DNA of 64,000 nt from Williopsis jadinii (taxonomy: Eukaryota), in contig AP024667.1 in assembly GCA_024346625.1 (NCBI GenBank), positions 868,001 to 932,000 on the forward strand. The letters are read 5' to 3'. The position numbers and the translations under genes are program-made. The notes under the pieces were generated by a model. It made no database searches. It was not told the DNA's origin and saw nothing but the letters and a program-made list of their open reading frames with translations. Shown in pieces: positions 41,401-50,995 of this stretch (the first letter of the stretch is position 1; each line of letters opens with the position of its first letter).

Positions 41401-41782
41401 AAGGGAGCTCTTAACAGGAGCACATACGCGTACAGTCACCGTCGCAGCACCTACAACAGGTGGGTTGATGAAGTTTGTGAAAAGGGTTCAAACGTGTAAA
41501 GGATGCAAATCAGCTTTGCCAAAGAGCAACAAGGGTACATTGTGCCCGAACTGCCTACCAAAGGCAGGTCAGCTCTATAGTGAAGCTTTGGCTTCTCTCA
41601 ATGCACTGGAAATCAAGTTCTCCCGATTATGGACGCAGTGCCAAAGATGTCAAGGGTCACTTCATCAAGATGTTCTCTGTGCAAACAAGGATTGCCCGAT
41701 CTTCTATATGAGAAAGAAAGCACAGAAGGATGTAGCCCAGCAAGCTCTAGAGCTTGAGAAATGGAACGATACCGAGTGGTGA
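38471..41782 (+). CDS. POL3: DNA polymerase delta catalytic subunit
   Basis: SFDIEC (Exo I), [29 protein letters not shown]-terminal CysA/CysB. Confidence 0.97.
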   Translation: MSGKHSIVAHDESTLKKARVIAADEFDSTPQGTLESLHREAHSMPVSSQVMDDVKHTHKREPYSQKSAMAKVEPSKFEKELLTMSSEADASKAKDQTWGRPPLPDGFDPALNDISFQQLDAEEALTDGSSAVKFFGVTEEGYSILCTVVGFLHYFYVPAPMNFRKEHLEEFIKYLRANFQGVHDVQMAMKESIWGYNGGEKVVFLKVIAANAKDVPKIRSGFEKGQVSFNGMFVSGGDGIMTYDNVQYLLRMMIDCKIVGMSWITLPKGTYSMVPSKDRISTCQLEVNIDYRKMIPHQPEGKWLKSAPLRILSFDIECAGRKGIFPEAEHDSVIQIANVVSRSGETTPFVRNVFTVNTCSPITGSEIFEHEHESDMLLAWKNFIVRVDPDVIIGYNTTNFDLPYLLDRAKALNLKNFPYFGRLKYVKQEAKDSVFSSKAYGTRESKVINIDGRMQLDLLQFIQREYKLRSYTLNSVSAHFLNEQKEEVQHSNITDLQNGTSETRRRLAVYCLKDAYLPLRLLEKLMCLVNYTEMARVTGVPFSFLLTRGQQIKVISQLYRKCLEVDTVIPNLQQNGSSDVQYEGATVIEPKRGYYDVPIATLDFSSLYPSIMMAHNLCYTTLLNRNTIERLSLKKDVDYTQAPSGDCFIKSSKRKGLLPIILEELLSARKQAKNDLKKETDPFKKGVLNGRQLALKISANSVYGFTGATIGKLPCLAISSSVTAFGREMIEKTKQEVQDHYCIANGFKYDAQVIYGDTDSVMVKFGYDDLETCMKMGEEAADYVSTKFLNPIKLEFEKVYFPYLLINKKRYAGLYWTNTKKFDKMDTKGIETVRRDNCRLVSNVITKVLELILERRDVPEAESFVKQTIADLLQNRVDMQQLVITKALSRQDYANKQPHVELAERMRKRDAGSAPAIGDRVAYVVIKTAGTKAYEKSEDPLFVLENNLPIDTKYYLENQLSNPLTRIFEPILGEKRARELLTGAHTRTVTVAAPTTGGLMKFVKRVQTCKGCKSALPKSNKGTLCPNCLPKAGQLYSEALASLNALEIKFSRLWTQCQRCQGSLHQDVLCANKDCPIFYMRKKAQKDVAQQALELEKWNDTEW

Positions 41783-41846
41783 TTGCATTATTTATTCTAG
41801 TAGACTCCACTGTTTTAATTATCATGTCATTAAAATTGTCAGTTGA

Positions 41847-44800
41847 CTATTTGGAAACGTTAGGCTCTCTTGGTAATATAGGACTGTGAGCACTGCTTTG
41901 TGTTGTACTATCCAATGCTGCTCTCTTTGCATTATGTTCGGTCTTGGAAGATGTGAGTCTTTTCCTCTTCTCTACCGACGTATGTGGGGGTCCTCTTGAA
42001 GGGATGGCTAGCCCATTAGCTCTTATGAATGCTCTGTGTTGATCATACGCTGCCTGTGAACGTGAAGAGGACCCATCACTGGTGAACCTGGAGGGAGAAA
42101 AAATACCAACAGCAGGCGGAGTGCTCTTCACAGGAGGCTTTGAAGTGGTGCTCGATCCATTGGCAGTTTTTGTAGCTTTCTGAAGGGTTTGGGTCAGCGA
42201 TTGGATCTGATCAATGGCCTTTGCACTGCCAGTGTTCGGGACATTGATGGAGTGGCTGCGCTGAATATTCAAATCCTGTGTATACTTCTCCAGTCTTTGC
42301 TTGAGGTCTGACTGCTCTGCCGTTACTGATCCTGTAGAATGACCTTGAGTGCTCTTAGAACCACCAGACACGCTTTCAGTTGGCGAAATACCCCCATTTG
42401 GTGCGTTGTGGGGCCCATTCACAGAGCGTAGTTGGGTATGTAGAAGCTGTGATGGTAATGATGTACGTCTTTCAGTCATTGAACGAGCCACCGGCGGTGG
42501 AATAGGAGCAGGGAACAGTACTGGAGTATTGCCAGATGTATTGGTTTCCCGTTTAGAATTATTCGCAAGCTCATCAAATTTCCTCTTTAGCTCAAGTATT
42601 TCATTCCGCTCTCGTACATATGAGCTAACCTTCTCTACTGGCTTGGTAGGATGAGCAGGTGTCTTCGAAAGTGGGATGTCTCTAGAAGCCAATGGCAATG
42701 TCGATTCTGAATTTTCAGAGTGTTTATTCGCACCTCCTGAAGTTTCGGAATGCTGGGGACGATGCGAGGATTCTCTTTCTTGCGACTCTGATGATGATGA
42801 AGATGGTAACTGCGACTGTTTGTCATGCGATGATGGTAGGGGCGGTGGTGGTGGAATGGAATTTGATAAAACATTTTTCGTGATAACTAATGAAGAATCA
42901 GAACGGTCGTCAGTGGATGAAGATTGGGGTGGAGCAGACGGAGGCGACACTGTCAATAAGCTTCTTGGTGCACTAACTTTAGCAACAACACGAGTGGGAT
43001 TAGCTATTGGTATAGCTACTCTTAATCTCGGTGATACAGTTGGTGGCACTGGTCGCTGTTCTTCATTTGCCAGAAGTGGTGAGGTCCGCAAGTTCACTTT
43101 AGGTGGAATGCTGACCTTTTCCAAATTTGTAGGAGCCTGCTGGGAGTTGCCTGACTCCACGTTCGGATTGGAGCCCGATAAATTTGGGCCTATTACTGTA
43201 TCAATAGAATCATTGGTTTTCGGATCAATACTGGTCGACAGCGACGATGAATGTGCCACACCTGGTGATTTCAGTACAAGATGAGGTGGAGGTGTTGGTG
43301 TTTGCCGAACTCCAGAATCTTCTACTCTAGCACCCGGGTTCAGTAACGAACTTTTTGTCTGTACGGTTACTCGTGGAGCACTTGACGATGCATTGGCTGG
43401 AGGAGGTCGTGGAGCACTCCCAATATGAGATACACTAGCAGCAGCAGAACGCTCCGATGAAGATACCACCGTGGCTTCTGATACTAAATGGCTATGCGTG
43501 CTTTGAGGTGCAACGTTACTCGCACTAGTACTTTTTGACATCGTAGTTGTCATCTTCGACTGGACTGCAGAATTGACAGTATTTTCACTTGCTAGTGAAG
43601 TTCCATGTAAATCATCAGTATGTGTTTTCTGAGGAGCACTCGTAGCAGTATTTCCAGTTAGAGCAGGAAGTGTACCAGACACCACAACCTTGGGCGGAGC
43701 TTGCTGCACTGGTGTCATCTCTTGATTAACGACATTCGCTATCATAGGCGGTGTCAAATTTCTTTGTTGTGCATTTCCTGTCCCGTTTGATACAACAGGA
43801 CTTGGTCGTTGCGGTTGAACCCCACCCACCATTACGTTGCTGTGTTGGTGTTGGTTGGTATTTGAATAGGTTTGTTCTCCGTGAGTGTTTTGTCCATATT
43901 GCTGTTGCTGTGGTGGGCTATGATTATTTATATGCTGGCCATGAAATGGATCTGGTGCTGAGATACTTGTCTGAATATTCTGTGAAGCACTCTGATGTTT
44001 CATCAGACGTGCCATTCTCAAGAAATAGAATTGTAACTGTGACAAATAAGTTATGTCTGAGACGTGTGGGTTGCCAATGATACCATTAATATATGCCCTA
44101 AAGAGATCATTATCAAGATACTTGTGCATGGTTTCATTTGTTAAACAAACAACCTCGTTTGCCTTGTTTTGCAACATTGGCGCAATGTAATTGAACGTTA
44201 GAAATTGAGAGTTTGGATCTCTTCCAACAATACTTGAGTCCTGCATGTATATATCTGATATCGGAAATGGTTTCAATTCTGATAGAGTGACTGGACGGTC
44301 GTTGCGTTGGTTTGAAGCATTGCTTGAAGCATTCATGTCACTTCTGGAGCTTGCTGATACCACAGAAGGTGGATGTCCCATTGAATGCGATGTGTGTCTT
44401 GGGATAGGACCAGGACCAACAGCAGCAGCAGGGATTGGAATTCTGACTTGAGATGTTTGCTCCTGAGCACCTCCATTATGCGATATATGTGATATTGGTG
44501 TTGGTGCTGGTGCCTGTGTTGGTGCCTGTGTTGGTGCCTGTGTTGGTGCCTGTGTTGGTGCTGGTGCTGGTGCTGGTGTTGGTGCTGGTGCTGGTGCTGG
44601 TGCTGGATTTCCATCAAAATCTTCGTCGTCAGAATCAAGACTAATAACAATAGGGGATGCCTTCCTTGGTTGTTGAGCCGGTCGACTAGTGACAACTGAG
44701 GTTTGTGGAAGTGGTGTAATCGGTTCCTTACTTGTTTCTTTAGGGTCAATATCTTCTTCGTCAGATGAATTGTTCCCTTTCAATGATGCGATGGAAGGTG

Positions 44801-46178
44801 CTGGAGGTTTATCCATCCTTACAAGCACACCATCATCATTTTCGTACAATGGATGCCAATTTCCATCCACTTCAATCTCGACACTTTCACACTCATCTGG
44901 CGTACTCTTAAGAATATTCATAACGTACTCGTTGAGAGAGAGATCACTAACATTAATTGTTGAATTGCAGATGGGACAAAACCACAGGGATGAGGTGAGC
45001 TGCTCTTGAAGATAGATGTATTGCAATGCATCAAAGCAGTTCAAATGCTGGCAATTGATAGATTTCACAGGGTATTTCATTCTGACAAATGACACTGGGC
45101 ATTTCAAGCTCAAAATGGTTGAAGTGGCCAAGAGTTCATCGTCATCGTTGCTTGAAGAGTTCTGACCAATGATTTGACTGATTGTGCTCTCCTTTGGGGT
45201 TTTAGGTGCTTCCAAAACCTTTTGAAGGATCTTCGGTGCACTGACTCTTTCAGCTAAATAGCAAAAGATCAAATAGTCTGTTTTCGTCTGTGTATAGGCA
45301 ATCTCTAGATGATTGGATGCACGCACATTGGGGGTCAAGTCTGCGGGTTTGGCAGTTCCTGGTTTATTCTTTATCCCCTTGACGTTGTCTTTGATCTTCA
45401 CTCCATTCAAAGTGATGTCCACTGGGTGTGGAAATTCGATGTTTACATTCTTACTGGACTTGGTTTTATCATAAACACCGCAATACAACACAACTCTCAG
45501 TGCGTTGTGGGGGTTTCTCAACGAGCTGAGCTCCCCTGGGCTCAGTTCGAAATGCAAAAAACTGTCTCCTCTTGAATAGTCGACGCGCGGTAGTATTCCT
45601 GCTGTTGGTGTGAGAAGCTTCTTCAATGTGTAGAAAGGGTTCTCTCTAAAGAATAACCACGGCTTCTTCTCTCGTGGCGTGCTCGACAGAGAAGAAGCCG
45701 GGGACACTTTCCCAGCATCCCCATACTTAAGTCGTAGACTTTCATAGGACCGACATGGTTTCTGGCTTATCACATCCCACACAATATCCCTGACAGCAAA
45801 TATGCGGACAACATCGTCGTTCTGTGCGCCTATCTGTATGAACTTGGTGACTCGATCTAGCACATCGGCCTTCCTCCCACTAACGGCAATGGAGAGTGCC
45901 CTTGCGACAGTCTTCAGCTCTGTTACTTTCAGCTTCTGTATCCGTTCTAGTAGTTGCTAATGAACCACCACAGGTTTGTTGTCAGTAAACTTCCCATTCA
46001 CACCGCTTCCCCGGTAAAGAGTTGATGATGCCAATCCAGACACGCACGCGTGTCTGTGCACTTAAGGTAAACATGAAGAGGTCACCAATATACACGGCGC
46101 TTGGGCGATGTGGTGAAGCGCTTGGCCCGCCACGTCGATACTCACAACATGTTCTGGTTCTGATGCCCTGGACGCCAT
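41847..46178 (-). CDS. SIZ1: SUMO E3 ligase Siz1/Siz2 (SAP-PINIT-SP-RING plus long disordered tail); exons 46178-46146 and 45956-41847
   Basis: Intron 46145-45957 GTGAGT...TACTGAC...TAG gives MASRASEPEHVQLLERIQKLKVTELK...SGRKADVL (SAP). KPGTAKPADLT (PINIT), LKCPVS..RMKYP...CQHLNCFD...CPIC (SP-RING), SIM IVISLDSDDE. Confidence 0.9.
44496..44606 (-). repeat. Coding 6/12-bp tandem repeat (PA)n/(PTQA)n in SIZ1
   Basis: ggtgct and ggtgcctgtgtt units on the + strand. Confidence 0.9.
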
Positions 46179-46496
46179 GGTTGGAACGCTTAGAGGATGT
46201 GCTCCTACGCTGAGATGGCCTTCCCTACTGTCTTCTTTATCCCCCTCGCGTGTGCCTCCAGTATTTTTTCTTCTTTTTCCAATGGTGAAGTTTCTTGGTG
46301 ATTACGAGAAACACCCAGACACCAAACATCCAGACACTCACACACCCACACACCAAACGCCCAGGCACGGAGAAAGTGGACGGGATGTTCGCGGACAAAG
46401 TTGTGCGTCTTTATCTATGCACAGATTATGTAAGCTTTGCTCTACCAACAGCCATGGAAGTACAGTATGGAACGGGGGAGAGGTGGAGGGATCCTT

Positions 46497-48167
46497 TCAT
46501 TTCTGAATAAACTGGTAATCAAACACCTCTGATGGATCATCACGATGTCTTTTCCACGTTGTGATTTGGTTGTTCTGGGAATCGAGCTTGAAGAGCCGTA
46601 CACGTCTGTCCATCGCTGTGGAGCCGTATGCACCTTCACCAACGGATGGACCAAAACACATCCATAATTCTTTCAAATGCTGGTCTGGTTGTGCATCGCT
46701 CCGTATACAGCATTCGTTTGTATGCTCGGACCCCACTGACATGCATTGGACGCCTATGTCGCTCAGGACTTTCCTGGTGTTCTTATCTGTTCTGGAGCTT
46801 TTCAAACGAGTTTTCTCGTTGTATTGTCCCACAAGGGCAAATGCTCCTCTTGGACGATACTCTGCGATTGGGAAGTGTTGGAATTCCAGTGACATTGATG
46901 GTTTATTGGGCAGTGAGTTGTAGAGCCTGTGCAATGTTTTCTCCAGAGGCTCGGGCGAGTTGGCTTCAAACAGATCAAGCATGTAGAGAGCAGACACGGC
47001 TAAAGAATCATCGATATCGGACATCACCGGAATGACATAGTTGGTGATATTGCCTATCGACTGCTCTTGTGTTTGTCTGTGCATTGTGCTAAATGGCAAA
47101 GTTGTCAAGAACTCAACGATGACGTCCCTGCTGGCAAACACACTGGTATCATGCTCTCCCATGGCAATTGCAAACGGTATAGACCTCGAAATTACAGGTG
47201 ATAGCGCCTTCAAAAATGCTGTTTGATAATCAAATGTTCGACTTCCATCGATCAAATCACCGGTATAGACCACGAGATCGGGGGACTCTTCATCGATCAC
47301 CCTATGTATAAAGGCAAGAGATTTTGCATCCGCATGGCATTCATCCACAGCATCCTTCTGATCCAGACATACTCCAAAACCCGACGTGAAGTGTAAATCA
47401 GAGAGTTGTAGCACCTTAAACATCTTATCCTTAGACAATCGCAACTTTGGCAGTTCTCTTCGCCGTACGCCTCTGGCAAAGCTCAGTCTGATGGGATGAT
47501 GCGGGTAGATAGACAAAGAACCGTCAACCAAGTTCCACTGTGGCCTTGGTTCAATGACATCTTCACCGAATAGATACGTTATATCGGTGATAGCCTCTGG
47601 AGACTCAAAGGGCCCGTATTTAACCCATATGCCATCCTTCAACTGGGTCCAGCCATTGAGATCATAGTGACCTGAAACGTCGAATCTCGACTTGGCCTTC
47701 CCCAGCTTCGACTTTGTCAACTCTTTAACAACGTACTGCGGCGGCTCAAGAGAGCGTGGATCTCCAAGAGCAACATCAACAACGGCATCACCCTCTGTGT
47801 CTGCATATGTCACGTAGAGATAGTCGTGTGAAGACCACGCCTGGTGATCGAGATAGCTCGATCCATCCAGCGACAGCTCTCTTCCAATCTTATACCAGGT
47901 GATCGTGTCAGTGCCCTGGGTCCCATCTTCTGATCTCTCCACAATCTGATTACAGTTGCCAAACCACGAATGGCACCGTATCCTCTTGAGCCCAGATATA
48001 CGTCCACCAGTGTACTTCTCAACGTGTACCACCCTATTATTGTAGAAATTCTGCGTATGTATGTCTAACACCGCTGTAAACAGGAACAGCAGAATCGCCA
48101 GTGGAATAAAGGTTCTCCTCAGGAGCTTGAATATCCGATGCACGACAGAACCAACAACTCTCAGCAT
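46497..48167 (-). CDS. SIA1: Calcineurin-like metallophosphoesterase-fold protein Sia1 (Dcr2 paralog)
   Basis: N-terminal TM then Y.GG.I..L...RC..W...C; QLSDLH, TGDLID, GEHD, GSEHTNECC. Syntenic with RUP1. Confidence 0.78.
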   Translation of the reverse strand: MLRVVGSVVHRIFKLLRRTFIPLAILLFLFTAVLDIHTQNFYNNRVVHVEKYTGGRISGLKRIRCHSWFGNCNQIVERSEDGTQGTDTITWYKIGRELSLDGSSYLDHQAWSSHDYLYVTYADTEGDAVVDVALGDPRSLEPPQYVVKELTKSKLGKAKSRFDVSGHYDLNGWTQLKDGIWVKYGPFESPEAITDITYLFGEDVIEPRPQWNLVDGSLSIYPHHPIRLSFARGVRRRELPKLRLSKDKMFKVLQLSDLHFTSGFGVCLDQKDAVDECHADAKSLAFIHRVIDEESPDLVVYTGDLIDGSRTFDYQTAFLKALSPVISRSIPFAIAMGEHDTSVFASRDVIVEFLTTLPFSTMHRQTQEQSIGNITNYVIPVMSDIDDSLAVSALYMLDLFEANSPEPLEKTLHRLYNSLPNKPSMSLEFQHFPIAEYRPRGAFALVGQYNEKTRLKSSRTDKNTRKVLSDIGVQCMSVGSEHTNECCIRSDAQPDQHLKELWMCFGPSVGEGAYGSTAMDRRVRLFKLDSQNNQITTWKRHRDDPSEVFDYQFIQK

Positions 48168-48593
48168 ATATACAATAATTCAAGCCCAAAAAAAAGGCTC
48201 CTTGGTGCTTTGAACCTCAATTCCTTAGCTCGCTAGAAGGAGATTTGGATGAGACGTTTGTTCAAGATGGAATTGCCGGTTTAATTTCACGCAGGCAGAG
48301 GCCTAGGCAGAGCCCAAAGAAAATGTATCCCCCAGCACCGCTCATGAGACACTGCGCCCTGTCCGGAGCTTGCTTACTCACGCTGAGAATAGCGCAACAC
48401 CTCATCAACCGTTGGCGTCAGACCACAAGTGCTCCGGTCCAGTGAAAGGAAACACACGAGCAACATCGCTAGGCAGTTGTTTTCCATTTCCTACGCCTCT
48501 ACGATCTAATTGATCTGGTTGAAGAGAGCATGTATCGGACGAGCTGGTGGGAAGGGCATCACATGGCAAGAGCAATCCACCAGGCGCCCCCCC

Positions 48594-48629
48594 CCCTGCC
48601 CAGTCTGCCCTGCCCAGTCTGCCCTGCCC
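48594..48629. repeat. 14-bp tandem repeat CCCTGCCCAGTCTG (about 2.6 copies) after a C run
   Basis: Units at 48594 and 48608, partial unit at 48622. Confidence 0.85.
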
Positions 48630-49344
48630 GTGTCAGCGAGCCCAGCCCGTGTCCAATGAGCCCAGCACATGCCAGTCTGCAGACAAGATCTAAAATTAGC
48701 CAGGCCCCACAGGCAGCTGGAAAGGCTTCGGCGTACGTAAACCGGTAGGCTGCAACCGGGAAGCGGGCCTAGACTGGTGACAGCTCCAGCCCAGCGGACG
48801 TCAAAAGGCAGCTCCAGGCATAGCTCGGGTAGGCAACGGGAAGAGAAGATCACTCCTAATTGTTTGTTTGTTCCTTCTAAACTGCACATATGCTGGGTGC
48901 GCAACTGTGTCTTCCATTGTTCTTTACCTCAACACACACACAGAACAACGGAGGAGATCCCTCGGTGATTGTGAGCTCTTTTAGAAAGCGTAGTGCGAGC
49001 CTTTATGCGATTGTGTGTTGACAGTTGACGGGTAATAGTGTGTGATGTGGCTCAATATTGGGATTTAATATATGGCATGGATCGCAAGCTATAATGTGCC
49101 GTTCCTTAGAATGATACTAATAAAAATAGCAATCCCCCATTTCAAATTTCCCCAGAGTATACCACCATGTAGCTCTTACCTGAATTAAGAGATATACAAA
49201 GTATGATCACGTTACCTTCAATAATTTCAGAGATATGGCCATTCATGGTTTGTATAGTATAATCGAGAAAACACATAAATTTGCTTATATATCAACAACG
49301 AAACAAAGACAGGGAAACCTGGAACCGTCAGACTATAGAACTGA

Positions 49345-50720
49345 TCTATATCATCATATATACTGACTTTTAACTTGATTGGATGAGTGGTTTTTCCACA
49401 ATGATCCACGCCATATGTGTTCTTATATATAATTCTGACTTGTCGTTGCCCTAGAAATCGTAAAAATGTAAGGATGTTTCCAATTCTAATGGGCATTGTT
49501 TACATTTTGAATTTTATCAACACAAAATGACACAAAACAAACACAGCTTTATACACAACGTTAAAAACATCATCAAACAATGTCCAGAAACCAAAGACTA
49601 AGCAAGTAAAGAAGAATATCTGCGTGCGAACCAAAGAAACTCCAGAGAACTCTCATTGGAACCGTCTAACGACGTCCCCAGCTTGGTGAAGAAACATCAG
49701 CGGCAACTTCAAACGAATAGAGGTACGACACAACAAGAAGACCCAGTAACTATCGAGACAGACTAACTGAACTGTTATGAGAGCAAAGTACGGAGCGAAG
49801 AGGCCTCCAAGTCCTGTCGCAGAATGCCCATGTAGAGATCATAGATGTACCAGAACAGCCGCCAATACCTGAACCTGAACTTTATAATGGAACTATGGCT
49901 GACAGAATGAGATGTGGACGACAAAGTACAGCACAGGTAGCAGAAAGAGCGTTAGAAGAAATTAGATGTGATGGTGCCTTTGACCATGATCCTGACTTTG
50001 AACACACCATTGAGGATGACACCAACGGTTTTACTGACAATGATGATCCAGTTTATGACCAACAACCTCAGCACAGACCACGGAGAACATAGAGACCATA
50101 TAACTCAGTTTATAATCCAGGTCTTGAAATGTGTTGCGATTATTGTCCTGCTCTCCTTATCGATACTGAATTATCATCTTTTTGTTGTGATAGGGGCAAA
50201 GTTTTACTCAATGAGATATTCAAAGAGCATCCACAGTACATGAAGGATATCTTATGGATCCCATCACTTCCAAATATTCTTGAACATTCAATACAATTAT
50301 TTCTCTATCATCTTTGGGTTCTGACAGTACTGGTAATTGGGGAGATGGAACTTATTCAATGGCCATCAACAGACGCTTATTGCATAGAGTTTATGGTCTA
50401 ATAGCTCAAGAAAATGGTGAAGAGAAATTTGCAGACCTTTATACACTAGATCCAGATTTCGCTACAAATCGTCATCTTGAATTGCTTAGAGGTGTTCTTC
50501 AAAACGATGGAGAATACAATAAACTTGAGGATTACATTGGCAAAATCGGTGAATTTCTATCTCAACACAGTCGTTATGCATAGCGAGACGCATAAATGGC
50601 TAGATGGATCTTTTACGTACTAACAGGACTCGGATTAGTATCATTCTAACATATCCACACCATACACACGCTTGAGATTGCATATACGAAATCTTACGCT
50701 GCAGTTTTACAAAACTCATC
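49345..50720 (+). mobile_element. Degenerate, 3'-truncated Helitron-like element (boundaries approximate)
   Basis: AT-rich island with a candidate 5' end A|TCTATATCATCATATATAC at 49345 and a RepHel-like pseudo-ORF. No convincing CTRR 3' end found. Confidence 0.6.
49580..50583 (+). pseudogene. Pseudogenised N-terminal part of a Helitron Rep/helicase
   Basis: CDYCPALL..E...FCC.RGKV.L (Zn-finger-like), a frameshift near 50253, then YS*TFNTIISLSSLG...GTYSMAIN.RLLHRVYGL...KFADLYTLD...NR...FLSQHSRYA. This follows the recalled order of RepHel N-terminal motifs. Confidence 0.7.
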
Positions 50721-50995
50721 ATCTTATTAAACGGAGGGACCTGGCATCAAAGTCAATACCCTGCTGGCTGCGCAGTGCAAGTCGACCGTGAAGGTAGCGG
50801 TGATTCGGGGTTTACCAGAGCCTTAGAGAAGGTCCAAATCGTGTTCACCGTACGGAAGCACTACAGATCAACTTGTTTCATATGATGCAACGTACATACA
50901 TGGCCATGTCTGTGGTGTATACACCGGGAGTTAGCCTACATCGAAGCAGTCTGGCGCATTTCGTGATGTTCTTATGAAAGCGGTAATATACACCA

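Noticed and set aside
44333..44749. (HQ)n/(HR)n and (VL)n ORFs
   Set aside because: Alternative frames of the SIZ1 coding repeat.
50596..50604. CTAG as the Helitron 3' terminus
   Set aside because: Followed by A rather than T, has no clear GC-rich hairpin upstream, and lies where the RepHel ORF should continue.
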